From Eledone cirrhosa (Eukaryota): a DNA stretch of 64,000 bases. The stretch spans positions 75,330,001 to 75,394,000 of the forward strand of contig OZ024740.1 of assembly GCA_964016885.1 (NCBI GenBank), written 5' to 3'. Of the stretch, positions 26,834 through 40,462 are shown in pieces. Positions within the stretch are counted from its first letter, which is position 1. Each line of letters starts with the position of its first letter. The position numbers were made by a program, and so were the translations under genes. Below the pieces are notes generated by a model. The model was not told the origin of the DNA. It searched no databases and worked only from the letters and a program-made list of their open reading frames with translations.

Positions 26834-27302
26834 GTATATATGTAAGCATGCATGTATGTATGTATGCATGTATGTATATATGTATGTGTTTATGTTGGAA
26901 ATGATAGGTGAATCGTAGTACGTGTGTGTGAGAAAGAGAGAGATAGACTGAGAGAGGAGGCGAGAGAATGAGTTATATTGCAACAACGAGTAACTTCCTT
27001 CGACGGCACTATAGATTCTGGCATTTAGTGTCAATTTCAATAATAACGGAATGTTAAGTATTTCCATGTGTGTTTCTATGGCCTAGACTTAATGCTTAAT
27101 ATGCTGACATAGTTTTTATGGTTGTTCTCTACACCATTCACTTTGTACCAGGCAATGTTTGTCAATAACTGAACTGCATCATTCATAAGGCCATAGATAA
27201 TACACACAACACAAACTAATAACATCTGAAAGAGTTTGAGATGTTAATGTCTAAAAATCCACTGGTAATGCATAAATAAATCAAACTGTGAATATATATA
27301 TA

Positions 27303-27831
27303 CCGTATATGCCGACGTACAAGTCGACATTTGGAGCCAAAAAATATCTCTCCAAAACCAGGTGTCGACTTGTCTGCTGAATATAAAATGTGAACCTTCA
27401 CCACTGAGGGGTAAACAGTAAAACTACCTGCCTAACACACGATGTACACCACTAACCATAACTCTAGCAGCCCACCACAACTATTTCCTTCTGAATCTCA
27501 TATTTGTTCATTCTATTTAACGTAGAAATTATAACAATATTAATGACTTGCTGTAACTCATAGGGTAGGTTACCATAGGTTCGTTAAGGTTTGGCTAGGC
27601 CGGTTTACTTAGTGAGTTAGAACTCACTTGCGACTGAAGTGTTTTAGAAGTGTCTTAGCCTTAAGCGCGCCACTAAATTTTTTGAATTATTTCCCCTGCA
27701 ACTGCCTTATTTTCTTTCGGGGAGGGGGGGGGGTCATCTTATCGTTCAAATATAGGCCTAAAGCTGAATTACACCTCAGAACTTTAGGGGTCGACTATCC
27801 ACCGGATCGACTTTTACGCCGCCATATACGG
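27303..27831. mobile_element. Tc1/mariner-type MITE
   Basis: TA|CCGTATATGCCGACGTACAAGTCGA ... TCGACTTTTACGCCGCCATATACGG|TA. Confidence 0.75.
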
Positions 27832-27844
27832 TATATATATATAT

Positions 27845-27903
<59 letters not shown>

Positions 27904-28082
27904 TATATATATATATATACACATATATATATATGTATATATAGTATTATAGTAATAGGGTTCGTTCATTTTCACCGGCAAAGGTTAAACAACTTGGCCC
28001 TCAGGACAAACGATATATATATATATATAAGATCCCGTTAAGGGTGAAAGCACCGATTCTTTGCTTAAACTTTAATCTGTTA

Positions 28083-28140
<58 letters not shown>

Positions 28141-28205
28141 TAGATATATATAGAGATATAGAGATAAATATACACGGGTGTGTATGATTGTGTATAGAAG
28201 ATTAT

Positions 28206-28430
28206 ATTAATAAAAGGAATTCCAACTTTGTCTGATTTACTTGTTTTATTTACAATCCTTTAAAATTTTTAATGGTATTTATAATTTATAATTGCGAAAG
28301 CATGAAAGTACTTGTTCAATTAACACTTAACATTTAATATTCTATCATACTATTTCATTATAATACCATTCTAAATTTTAAAGGATTGTAAATAAAACGA
28401 GTAAATGAGACAAAGTTGGAATTCCTTTTA

Positions 28431-28435
<5 letters not shown>
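28206..28435. repeat. Inverted repeat (~75-bp arms) adjacent to (TA)n
   Basis: attaataaaaggaattccaactttgtct ... agacaaagttggaattccttttattaat. Confidence 0.75.
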
Positions 28436-28491
<56 letters not shown>

Positions 28492-28575
28492 CTATATATG
28501 TATATATAGTATTATAGTAATAGGGTTCGTTCATTTTCACCGGCAAAGGTTAAACAACTTGGCCCTCAGGACAAA

Positions 28576-29275
<700 letters not shown>

Positions 29276-29365
29276 TCAAACTGTTACTGTTACAACACCA
29301 TGATGTTCAATATTTCAATAAACCTTGTATTTAAGCTACAACAATTTTTTTTATTGTGAAACATC

Positions 29366-29401
<36 letters not shown>

Positions 29402-30479
29402 ATGAACAGACGACTTGCCTATGGCCAGCAATACCATGCACCGCATAAAATTTGAGGTGTATACTTTCTCCAACAGTAATGTCAAAACTACCAGTCTTGT
29501 TAAATAACTGGATATTCTTCTGATGATATTGATTGAAGCCACCTTTTATTCAAAATCGTGGAGATATCCGTCTAAAAATGTATTCACCTTACAAAGATTT
29601 ACTACAGACAACATAGCTGGAGACGACAACATAAACATAAGCAACAATAGTGAAGAATCAAAGAAAAGAACAATGAGAAAGATAAACAGAGTATTTTTAG
29701 TTCTAGCTACAGAAGAAGCCAAAACTATAAATCGAACTTTTCTCCGAGTTACGAACTCAATAGCGAACTATTTCATTGTCATAAAATGGTAAAAAAGATA
29801 CCTTTCTCGGCTCTATGAACAGAATGAAGCTACACTAGGACGAACTTCACCCAGAACTATATTGTTTTACAGCCAAACTATTTCGCCAACAAGCAACGTT
29901 TCTCGAACTTCCAAATAACAAACATTATTCAAAGCAATAATGAAAGCGTAAAACCTCTAAAGATAGCAACACTAAGTGACCATTCTCCTAGATTAGACAC
30001 CCAATCAACACGTGTTACTACGTTTTCCCATAGCTTGTCTGATCAGCAACAACAATGCACAGTCTTCTGAAATAACCCTACCGGCGACACATTTGACACC
30101 ACCTATCAAAACCGACTTTACATCGACTGTTATATATCGCAGTCACTTTAACCATCAACGTCAAAATAACGTCGATGATAATAAGTCTATCGTTAGCTGG
30201 GAAAGTTCAAACAGTTAAAATGTATCCTTAGTGAAACTTTCCAAAGAGAGAGACTAATTTATGTATAACACTTATTCTCGAAAAGAGACATAAAATAACA
30301 ATATCAAACAAGAAACCAAATAAAGAATTCCTGCATGTTATCGATGAAATCAGAGAGAATATTTACGACAAATTAAAACCCCACTACATTTTGGCAAATT
30401 AACATCTGTCTTAGCAATGGCAACCAAGCATTATTTTGGGGATAACAGTGTTGTTAACAGAAACAATATAATTAAAAAA

Positions 30480-32077
30480 TTCCATCGTATATTTCTAAAA
30501 TAGAAAAGGATTGCTGACCTACAAAAAACTAGCGGCCATAGACAATGCTTATCACATGTAAACAAAAACAAAAGAAAATACACTCCTTGCCAATAAAGAG
30601 TGAAAAAAGGTAGAAATGATGTTTAGAGATAGTGCAAGCAGTACTCTTCAATGCACGTTGACCACCACAAACAAGAATTGGGAGCTGTCAGCGAGCAACT
30701 CCGATACCAGAAGAGATTGGCTTAAATGAAAATGATTGATAAAAGATTCAGCCGAAACCAAACATCAGTCTATAGAGATATGAGGGGCAAATCAATAAAT
30801 GTCACAGAGGCCCGTCCCAAAAAGACTTTGATTTCTTCTGGAGAAAATGTGGGGTCAGGAAAGGAAGTTCAACCAAGATGCGGAATGGTTCAAAGAGATC
30901 CGAGCGAACTATTACCACTTCAGGATAAGAAAGCACCAGGAAGGGATTCCATTGTCGGGTACTTGTAGAAAGAAACAGACTTTCTATCATATATGACTTA
31001 TCAACTTCTCCCAACAAGCTCTCAAGGTAGATGCACATATACCAAGATGGTTGACATTAGCAGAAATAAGATTGGACACCCAAAATAAAGACACCACTTG
31101 GGAAAAGCTATCAACCTATTGCATGCCAGAACCTAATGTAGAAAAGGTATACAACCCGTCTGAACCTATTCTTCCAGGATCACTATTACAATAACAATAT
31201 TTTCACATAGCTGGGGGGAAAAGAAGTATTGGGGTGTGTTGAGCAACTCCTAATTAACAAATCCCTGATGTCAGAGGTCCGGTGACATAGGATCATCTTA
31301 GTTACAGTCTGGATGGATTACAGGAAATTATTCGATTCAGTTCCTCACTCTTGGATGCTAGAGACCTTCGATTCGCTAAAGTCTTAGATACCATTATCAG
31401 ATTCATAAAGAACATATCTGTTTCCTGGGCCACTATCCTTAAGTTAAATACAGAGGAAGACTATATTTTCACTGAAAGAATAGAATATCGCTGGGGTCTA
31501 TTTCAAAGAGACAGTCTCTCTCTGATGTTATTTTTACTGTCAGCAAACCCCTTGTCCTTTATGCTGAAGAAATATGAAGGATATGTTATTGATTCACAGG
31601 AGGCCAGAATTACAAATCTAACACAGCTTCTTTGTGGAAGTTTCAAAGTGAGAGTAATATAGGTGAGCAAAGTAGTCTCCTTGGATCATCAAACGGGTAT
31701 CAAAGCTCTCACTTTGAAGGATATGTTTTTGCAATCCATGAAGAGGATATATCAACTAGATACCTGATACACAAAAGAGCTAGAGATGCAGGCAAAACAC
31801 CTAGATGTGACAACAGATACAGACTCTGCGAAACTTCATTCTGCTCTTCTCCACAGCCTGTGGTCTCTCGCCGGTGTTCATCCTCTTCATCCTTTCTTCC
31901 AATGCAGCTGCTATCATATAACTCAAAACATACAGATCCACACAGGCAATAACATTCATACCTGCATACACACAAAAACACACACACAAAACACACACAT
32001 ACATACATAAATATATATTTACCTCGTTGATGTTGTCTAAATTTCAATGAAAGAGTCTTGTTTCTCTGTTAGAAACC

Positions 32078-32159
<82 letters not shown>

Positions 32160-32235
32160 TCCCTCTCCCTCTTTCTCTTTCTCTCTCTCTCTCTCACTAT
32201 TGGGGAAAAGTTATAAAATAATACAACCAGAAGAA
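30480..32235 (+). mobile_element. Heavily degenerate RLE LINE (same family as 13090-15026)
   Basis: KAPGRDSIVGY, GLFQRDSLSLMLFLLSANPLSF and EGYVFAIHEEDISTRYL. 3' UTR matches 13090-13320 inverted. Confidence 0.8.
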
Positions 32236-32361
32236 CGTGAATACATACAGACATACTTATATACATACATGAATACATAAATTCATACATTCATATACAG
32301 ATATACACACACACACATACATACATACATACATACATACATACATACATACATACATACA

Positions 32362-32393
<32 letters not shown>

Positions 32394-32432
32394 CAGAAAC
32401 ATACATACACACATACATAGATACATACATAC

Positions 32433-33013
32433 ATAGTGGCTGCCAACTCGTTTTCGAGTACGGCCACTACTGATGCGCTGAACGAGTGTGACATTTTAGT
32501 CCAGCCAGCGACTTGAAAACTCTGGTACAAACACTACACTTGTGACAATTATTGACACATAGTGCTGGGCCCATGGTACCATGTGACGACAAGTGCAGAG
32601 AGATCTCCAGATATAAAGCAATGCCTGTGCCGTGAAGCTTTTATAGTGAGCAAAGGCACTGCACAAAGCCAGTCCCACTCTCTTAACCAAGATGATATTT
32701 ACCAAAAAGAAGAACAAGTCAACATCATTGGATACCATCAGGGTTGCAGGTGTTATATCAGAGTTTTCCTTCTCCTAGAATTCTGCCTTGACAAAGGCTA
32801 AGGGGTCATCTCTCCCGGTGATTTTGGATGGCCATTGACTCTTAAGGGCTTCTTTGCCCTTTGACAGGTTTTGTTTTTAGTCCTGCAGGATGTCCAAAGT
32901 CACCCTCCTCACCAAGAAACCTTGGTGGGGTTGCCAGTTTAGTCGCCAACGACCCGACCATGAGACAGGTTGTACTGGGATACATGTTACCAGTAGAACC
33001 AACTGGTGACCTG
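32433..33013. repeat. Longest module A copy (inverted orientation)
   Basis: Reverse complement of 26345-26833, extending to ggtgacctga-(CATA)n. Confidence 0.85.
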
Positions 33014-33301
33014 ACATACATACATACATACATACATACAAACATACATACATACATACATACATACATACATACATACATACATACATACATACATACA
33101 CAAACTTCATTATGTATTAGGATATATATTTTGTCTGCAACAAGAAAAGCAATCTGTTGTAATATGCAGAATTTAAGAGTAACAAATAGCTTAAGGAGTT
33201 GCGATTTGTTTACATCTATTGCCGATATTTCATTATTCCTTTTTAAAATAATTTCTTCGATTTTAAACTGCTTTGTTAATTTCGACACACACACACACAA
33301 G

Positions 33302-33386
<85 letters not shown>

Positions 33387-33437
33387 ACATACATACATAC
33401 ATACATACATACATACATACATACATACATACATACA

Positions 33438-33473
<36 letters not shown>

Positions 33474-33527
33474 TATGAGAGACGTAAAATAAGAAAATTA
33501 TAAAATTAACTTACTTACTAAAATTTC

Positions 33528-33610
33528 ACTCCCAACTAATTAGTTTCTGAGAGGGAATAAACATACTTTCCGATGAAGCGTACAGAGAAGCCTTTCGTCA
33601 TCAGGGAAGT
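33528..33610 (-). ncRNA. Type I hammerhead ribozyme, long stem II
   Basis: acttcc-CTGATGA-cgaaagg..cctctca-GAAA-CTAATTAG-TT-gggagt. Confidence 0.75.
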
Positions 33611-33756
33611 CTATTCTCAGCTAAGTTTCCAGGCAATACGTGGACACAGGGAACTTATACAAAAATAATTAAGTGGATGGAAAAAAGCAAAGCGTGGACT
33701 AAATTCCTAGCCATTGAGAAAATCACTGCCTACTGCGTCGGTGGCAAATTCAAAAG

Positions 33757-33820
<64 letters not shown>

Positions 33821-34108
33821 AACGGTCGACTTTCGTGAAATCGGACCGAAGAAACAATGTTTCCATTAGTCTTTCCAATTACTAATACTATCTATCGGTC
33901 GCAACTCCAGGTAGAAGGAACAACGTGATATATATATATATATATATTTGGATATAATGCTCTGAAATAGCGATATATATGTGAAGACAAACATAGAATA
34001 TTCGAAAATATTCTGTATGTTTATAATAAACATTTCGAAGACCCAATCGCTATAGAATAGAATACGTCACGTATTACAATTTGAGATTCTCGATAAAAGC
34101 AAGGGAAG

Positions 34109-34149
34109 TAACCTACGCGTTTCATTCTTATTAGAAATCATCAGGATTA
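34109..34149 (-). ncRNA. Type I hammerhead ribozyme
   Basis: taatc-CTGATGA-tttctaataagaat-GAAA-cgcg-TA-ggtta. Confidence 0.85.
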
Positions 34150-34420
34150 CATATCCAGTGCTTTTATCGAGAATGACACAGCTAGAGACTTATAGAATAC
34201 TTAGCTGTGTACAGGAACTGGTTTGAAAGAGCGGTAGCCGGTCCGGCAGAAATTAGAATTTGGATATAATGCTCTGAAATAGCGATATATATGTGAAGAC
34301 AAGCATAGAATATTCGAAAATATTCTGTATGTTTATAATAAACATTTCGAAGACCCAATCGCTATAGAATAGAATACGTCACGTATTACAATTTGAGATT
34401 CTCGATAAAAGCAAGGGAAG

Positions 34421-34461
34421 TAACCTACGCGTTTCATTCTTATTAGAAATCATCAGGATTA
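34421..34461 (-). ncRNA. Type I hammerhead ribozyme
   Basis: Identical motif one unit downstream. Confidence 0.85.
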
Positions 34462-34960
34462 CATATCCAGTGCTTTTATCGAGAATGACACAGCTAGAGA
34501 CTTATAGAATACTTAGCTGTGTACAGGAACTGGTTTGAAAGAGCGGTAGCCGGTCCGGCAGAAATTAGAATTTGGATATAATGCTCTGAAATAGCGATAT
34601 ATATGTGAAGACAAACATAGAATATTCGAAAATATTCTGTATGTTTATAATAAACATTTCGAAGACCCAATCGCTATAGAATAGAATACGTTCCCTTGCT
34701 TTTATCGAGAATCTCAAATTGTAATACGTGACGTATTCTATTCTATAGCGATTGGTTCTTCGAAATGTTTATTATAAACATACAGAATATTTTCGAATAT
34801 TCTATGTTTGTCTTCACATATATATTGCTATTTCAGAGCATTATATCCAAATTCTAATTTCTGCCGGACCGGCTACCGCTCTTTCAAACCAGTTCCTGTA
34901 CACAGCTAAGTATTCTATAAGTCTCTAGCTGTGTCATTCTCGATAAAAGCACTGGATATG

Positions 34961-35001
34961 TAATCCTGATGATTTCTAATAAGAATGAAACGCGTAGGTT
35001 A
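34961..35001 (+). ncRNA. Type I hammerhead ribozyme
   Basis: Same motif in the inverted segment. Confidence 0.85.
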
Positions 35002-35124
35002 CTTCCCTTGCTTTTATCGAGAATCTCAAATTGTAATACGTGACGTATTCTATTCTATAGCGATTGGGTCTTCGAAATGTTTATTATAAACATACAGAAT
35101 ATTTTCGAATATTCTATGTTTGTC

Positions 35125-35160
<36 letters not shown>

Positions 35161-35250
35161 GTATTTCCGTACGAAGAGTACAGGAAAGCAGAGTGCTCTA
35201 TGTATGCTACATAGCTATTTAATTATGTAATAAACAACATAAAACAATTA

Positions 35251-35323
35251 TTCCATTTACCAAAGGTTTCACGAAGACAGACGAGCTCAACAGAGACGTC
35301 TGAAATCGCTCATCAGAATGAAA
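35251..35323 (-). ncRNA. Type I hammerhead ribozyme
   Basis: ttcatt-CTGATGA-gcga..cagacg..cgtctg..tcgt-GAAA-cctttgg-TA-aatgga. Confidence 0.8.
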
Positions 35324-35369
35324 ATTTAATATGGACGTAAGTTCTTACGTCCATATTAAAGATCCTGAA

Positions 35370-35600
35370 GTTAAAAAAATACAACCGACCAGACTGAGGA
35401 GGATGACAGTACACCGTAAATAAATTAAGGAATTGTACACAAGAAATCCCTTTGAGTCAACATATACAGAGTTGCGAAGGACGAACTTTACTAAATTTCG
35501 ATGTTTGCTACTCTATTAATACAGCTATTCAACATCGAAATAATAACGCAATAATAAGAAAATGTATTTTGTAACTAAATACAAACCAAAACTAAACTGG
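35370..35600 (+). pseudogene. Penelope-like GIY-YIG endonuclease C-terminal remnant
   Basis: Fragments RMTVHRK*IKE, IPLSQHIQSC and YFVTKYKPKLN. Confidence 0.7.
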
Positions 35601-35799
35601 CTGTACTTTAGCTAACATACGATATATAATTACATTCATCTTCGAGCCATAGTGCATCCCTTGTCATAAGTGACAACAAAGGTAAAATCAGTTGAGTTCT
35701 TTTCTTAGATAGGACGTAAGCAACGCCCATCAACATGTAGAACACATATCAACGTGACAAATAATAAATATATTTAACAACAGTATAAATCAAATTTAA

Positions 35800-35835
35800 A
35801 CATTGAAAAGCTACACATAGCGAAACCGGTTCGTA
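35800..35835 (+). ncRNA. Hammerhead-like motif, U3-A8 core, weak stem I
   Basis: TTGAAAA-gctacacatagc-GAAA-ccgg-TT. Confidence 0.5.
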
Positions 35836-36001
35836 CAAAAACTAATTAGGTAATCATGACTATTTCTGAATAGCCACTTTTATTTTCGAAAAAATATAAT
35901 TCACTCAGTACGGGCAAATTTCTTTACGTTGTGTATTGTAAATTTGCGTGAATATATGAAAAATATTAGGTTCATCTTCAAATCTTTATTAATATTATTT
36001 T

Positions 36002-36060
<59 letters not shown>

Positions 36061-36238
36061 ATGAATTCCTACGTGTAAAAAATACATATAGGGAAACAAG
36101 TATTATCCAACCGTATGCCAATGTGGTTCTATGGCGGGTTAATAAATTAACAAGCCGGAACATATAAAATCGAGGTCTAGAAAATAGAGAAAAAGTTTTT
36201 AAATAAATTTTAAAAAATTCGCTGTACTTACTATATGT

Positions 36239-36319
36239 GCCTTTAGCGCGGTTTCATGCTCCAGAATAAACGGAAAATCCAAGGGATTTTCATTGAGAAG
36301 GGAGCAATCTTCAGAAGGC
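36239..36319 (-). ncRNA. Type I hammerhead ribozyme, long stem II
   Basis: gcctt-CTGAAGA-ttgctcc..ggagcat-GAAA-ccgcgc-TA-aaggc, with one stem III mismatch. Confidence 0.7.
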
Positions 36320-36716
36320 TCTTCTCCCTCGGAGAATATAAAATTCCCGTGTTCAAATCACAAACTGACGCCATACAAAACCATTCCCAAATGAGAGCGG
36401 GTGATGAAAGAAATAATTCTGTCCGGTGCCGTGTGCAAAGACAAAAGGCAGGGTGGACAGGTCAATATATATATATATATATATATAACCAAAGATTAAT
36501 ATGGTTCGTTGATTACTCAATGAATACAATTTTACAATAGATTAAAAGCACTCAACAGTGAAGTTTTCCTGAAGTTTTTAATATTATTCAAAATATTAAC
36601 AAATGAAAGATATTCACATAATCAAAATATAGGCTTTATTATATATATTTCAGTACTGCCAATACTGGAATTGTATAATCAAGACCGTAGCGGTATGTCA
36701 TATATCAAATTATATA

Positions 36717-36779
36717 TTTTATCTGATGAGGACGTACTGAAAAAAACAACACAGTACCTTTGAAATATATATAATAAAG
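36717..36779 (+). ncRNA. Type I hammerhead ribozyme, in an inverted repeat
   Basis: ttttat-CTGATGA-ggacgtactg..cagtaccttt-GAAA-tatata-TA-ataaag. Confidence 0.75.
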
Positions 36780-36817
36780 CATATATTTTGATTATATGAA
36801 TATCTTTCATTTGTTAA

Positions 36818-36938
<121 letters not shown>

Positions 36939-37213
36939 GTGTGGCAGAGAAAATAATATTAATAAAGATATATATATAAAATAATATATATATTAAATAG
37001 TGAAATTGAGCTTCCGCCTTTTTTTTTACTAAGTAAATAAGCCTTATCGTTGGAATTATAAAAACCGTACATGGGATTCAAACCCACATCTTTGGTTATC
37101 ATTTTGAAGCTATATAATTATGGCGTATGAATACATATATATATAAGATACAGAGTTTAGCGTTGTTCGGAAGCTCAATTTCACTAATTTTCAAAACAAT
37201 CTAAGCTCTGTAT

Positions 37214-37290
<77 letters not shown>

Positions 37291-37291
37291 T

Positions 37292-37338
<47 letters not shown>

Positions 37339-37339
37339 T

Positions 37340-37418
<79 letters not shown>

Positions 37419-37436
37419 ATTTATATATATATATAT

Positions 37437-37471
<35 letters not shown>

Positions 37472-37473
37472 AT

Positions 37474-37558
<85 letters not shown>

Positions 37559-37604
37559 TATATAGAGAGATTACAGTAATCAAAGTTCAGTTTAAGTCAT
37601 TTAT

Positions 37605-37653
37605 TTGCTTACAATTGTTTCCTCCAAACCGAGGTTTGTATTCTTCGGAGCAA
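37605..37653 (-). ncRNA. Hammerhead variant with CCGAAGA core
   Basis: ttgct-CCGAAGA-atacaaacctcggtttggag-GAAA-caattg-TA-agcaa. Confidence 0.6.
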
Positions 37654-38269
37654 CTATTTATAACATACTTGACCTCCTTTTCAACCCAAGAGACACATAA
37701 AACATATGCGCATATTGATCAACAGTGGGGTGACATTCATCAAATGATATAGCATGGCAATTTACATATAAAGGTTACAGGATAAAAATAAAATAAAAAC
37801 AAGAGTGAAAATAAGAGTGAAAATAAAGATAAACATGAAGCGTTGGCAGTCTATGAAGATAAAGCAAGAGGAAAGCTTAGAGTAGTCAGTGCATGAAGCA
37901 ATTTCCCGTGTAGCATGCACGCGTGTCTTATTTATACATGATTAGAGTGCGTCAGAATGATATTTGCAGGGTCAGGCAGTTGAAGCTGGCAATCGATCTT
38001 ATTATGTAGGCTGAATTATTAAGTCATTTATTCTCATACATCTGTATGATATACAGTCTCGGATGCGGGGAAACACCAAGATATCAAAAACCTTCAACAT
38101 TCTGTAAACCTTATTGTATCGTAGGCAAGGCCGTACCACTGTCCTTGCTCACACCACCACTCACATAATCCATGAGACGCAATATATATATAGAGAACAC
38201 GCGTCTATTGTATAATTCGCGGTGGTTCAGCATATAGTCAAGCTTTAAACCGTATCCAGTCGGTTCTTA

Positions 38270-38377
<108 letters not shown>

Positions 38378-38389
38378 AATAATGGAGCT

Positions 38390-38985
38390 GCGGCGTTGCA
38401 AATGGGTTACATATGAAAAAGTTTGTCCTTCATCAGTGATCTTCCAACCATCATAGGCATTTCATCGCTTTGAAGACCATATACCTCCGGTTGGTGCGAG
38501 CAACGGCTAAAAAAAGTCGTTGGGACACGTAAATAAAGAAGACGCGAGGGTAAACAAACAAAATGGTTTAAGCAACAGAAAGTGATGAAGAAAGAGACAA
38601 GTCCCAGATTTCTATGAATTTAAATTCGGTGAAATCGTGAACGAGAGAATAAAGACCATCAAACCTGGTTGAAATGTGAGCAAGGCAGGAATTTCGCACA
38701 GGTCTAACGGGGGGAAGAAGGGGTCTGGTCTGCGAATTCGGTAAACATAGGTTCTGTGAAATCGTAGACGAGAGAGAGAAAAAAAATTCATACCAGCTTG
38801 GCCAGCGTGTGAGAGAAAAGAATCACACACAGGTCAAACGGGAAGAAAGAGGAGGAGGAGAGGTAGTGACAGAGAATGAGTGAGTGAAGGGTGAGGAAGA
38901 GGCTAACAGAGAAAGAGACTGCTAGAAAGGGTAAAGATACAAAGAACGAAACAGACGGGTAGCAGCAGAGGTAAAAATATGTGTA
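38390..38985. repeat. Diverged copy of the 22847-24380 family
   Basis: gtccttcatcagtgatcttccaaccatc.. homology, flanked by (TA)n. Confidence 0.8.
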
Positions 38986-39003
38986 AATATGATAATAATG
39001 CAG

Positions 39004-39135
<132 letters not shown>

Positions 39136-39145
39136 GTGTGTGTGC

Positions 39146-39185
<40 letters not shown>

Positions 39186-39215
39186 AAAGGTTATATTAAT
39201 ATATTTATTAATATA

Positions 39216-39254
<39 letters not shown>

Positions 39255-39477
39255 AAAGTTCTATTTAAATTGTTGGGATACAACAAGCAAATATTTTTAT
39301 AACTGATATAAAGCACTCAACAAATATTTGGAGTAAACATACGATATTAACAAATGGAAACTATATTTATAAAACCATATTTATTTCATTATTTCATTTA
39401 ACTTAGTGTCCTTGAAGTATGTATAATGAAATAAATATGGTTTTATAAATATAGTTTCCATTTGTTAATATCGTATT

Positions 39478-39510
<33 letters not shown>

Positions 39511-39540
39511 AGATCAAAAGATGATTAAAAGAGTTCCATG

Positions 39541-39611
39541 TATTTTATTATGCGCATTTCAAAAACAAATATCATCATGCAATAACTTTTGCGTTTTCGT
39601 CAGATAAAATA
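39541..39611 (-). ncRNA. Type I hammerhead ribozyme
   Basis: Inverted copy of 39725-39795. Confidence 0.75.
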
Positions 39612-39724
39612 GGGAGACATAATATGAAGGTTAAAACACACTTGTGAATACTGCAGTTTTAAATCAACATATATAAAAACTGCAGTATTCACAAGTGTGT
39701 TTTAACCTTCATATCATGTCTTCC

Positions 39725-39795
39725 TATTTTATCTGACGAAAACACAAATGTTATTACATGATGATATTTGTTTTTGAAATGCGCATAATAAAATA
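39725..39795 (+). ncRNA. Type I hammerhead ribozyme
   Basis: tattttat-CTGACGA-aaacacaaatgttattacatgatgatatttgttttt-GAAA-tgcgca-TA-ataaaata. 8-bp stem I, in fold-back 39503-39833. Confidence 0.85.
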
Positions 39796-40244
39796 CATGG
39801 AACTCTTTTAACCATCTTTTGATCTTATATATTATTTATACTCCAGTCCTACAAACTGTAGAGTGCTTCTTATCCGATATCTGCATTGCTTTATTGTACT
39901 ACAATAAAACTCACCTCCTACATATATATAAATATATATATATATAAGTATGTATACGTACATACATATATGTATACAGACGTACAGTAGTATGTATATA
40001 TATATATACATACATGCACACATATATATATGTACGTATGGATTCACCGAACATTTATTATAATACATTATAAAAAATGTTCGGTGAATCCATACGTACA
40101 TATATATATATATGTGTGCATGTATGTATATATATATACATACTACTGTACGTCTGTATGCATATATGTATGTACGTATACATACTTATATTTAAGTAAC
40201 AGCCGTACTAAGAGTGAGAAATGAAATTTCGTTTCATTTTTTCC

Positions 40245-40351
<107 letters not shown>

Positions 40352-40423
40352 TAAAGAAAAAAAGATGAAATTGAAAATGCAACTGGAGTCTTATTTTAAA
40401 AAAAATATATATATTTATTTGGT

Positions 40424-40462
40424 TCCTTTACCGGTTTCGCAGTTCTTCTGCTTTTCAAAAGT
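40424..40462 (-). ncRNA. Hammerhead, U3-A8 core variant
   Basis: Inverted copy of 42548-42586. Confidence 0.65.

Larger units (their letters stand above)
33948..35127. mobile_element. 312-bp tandem HHR array with inversion (retrozyme or PLE pLTR-like)
   Basis: gatataatgc recurs at 33951, 34263 and 34575. Orientation flips at ~34690. (TA)n on both sides. Confidence 0.9.

Noticed and set aside
32920-33013. HDV-like double pseudoknot on the minus strand of module A
   Set aside because: P1/P2/P4-like pairings exist but P3/L3 length and sequence do not fit
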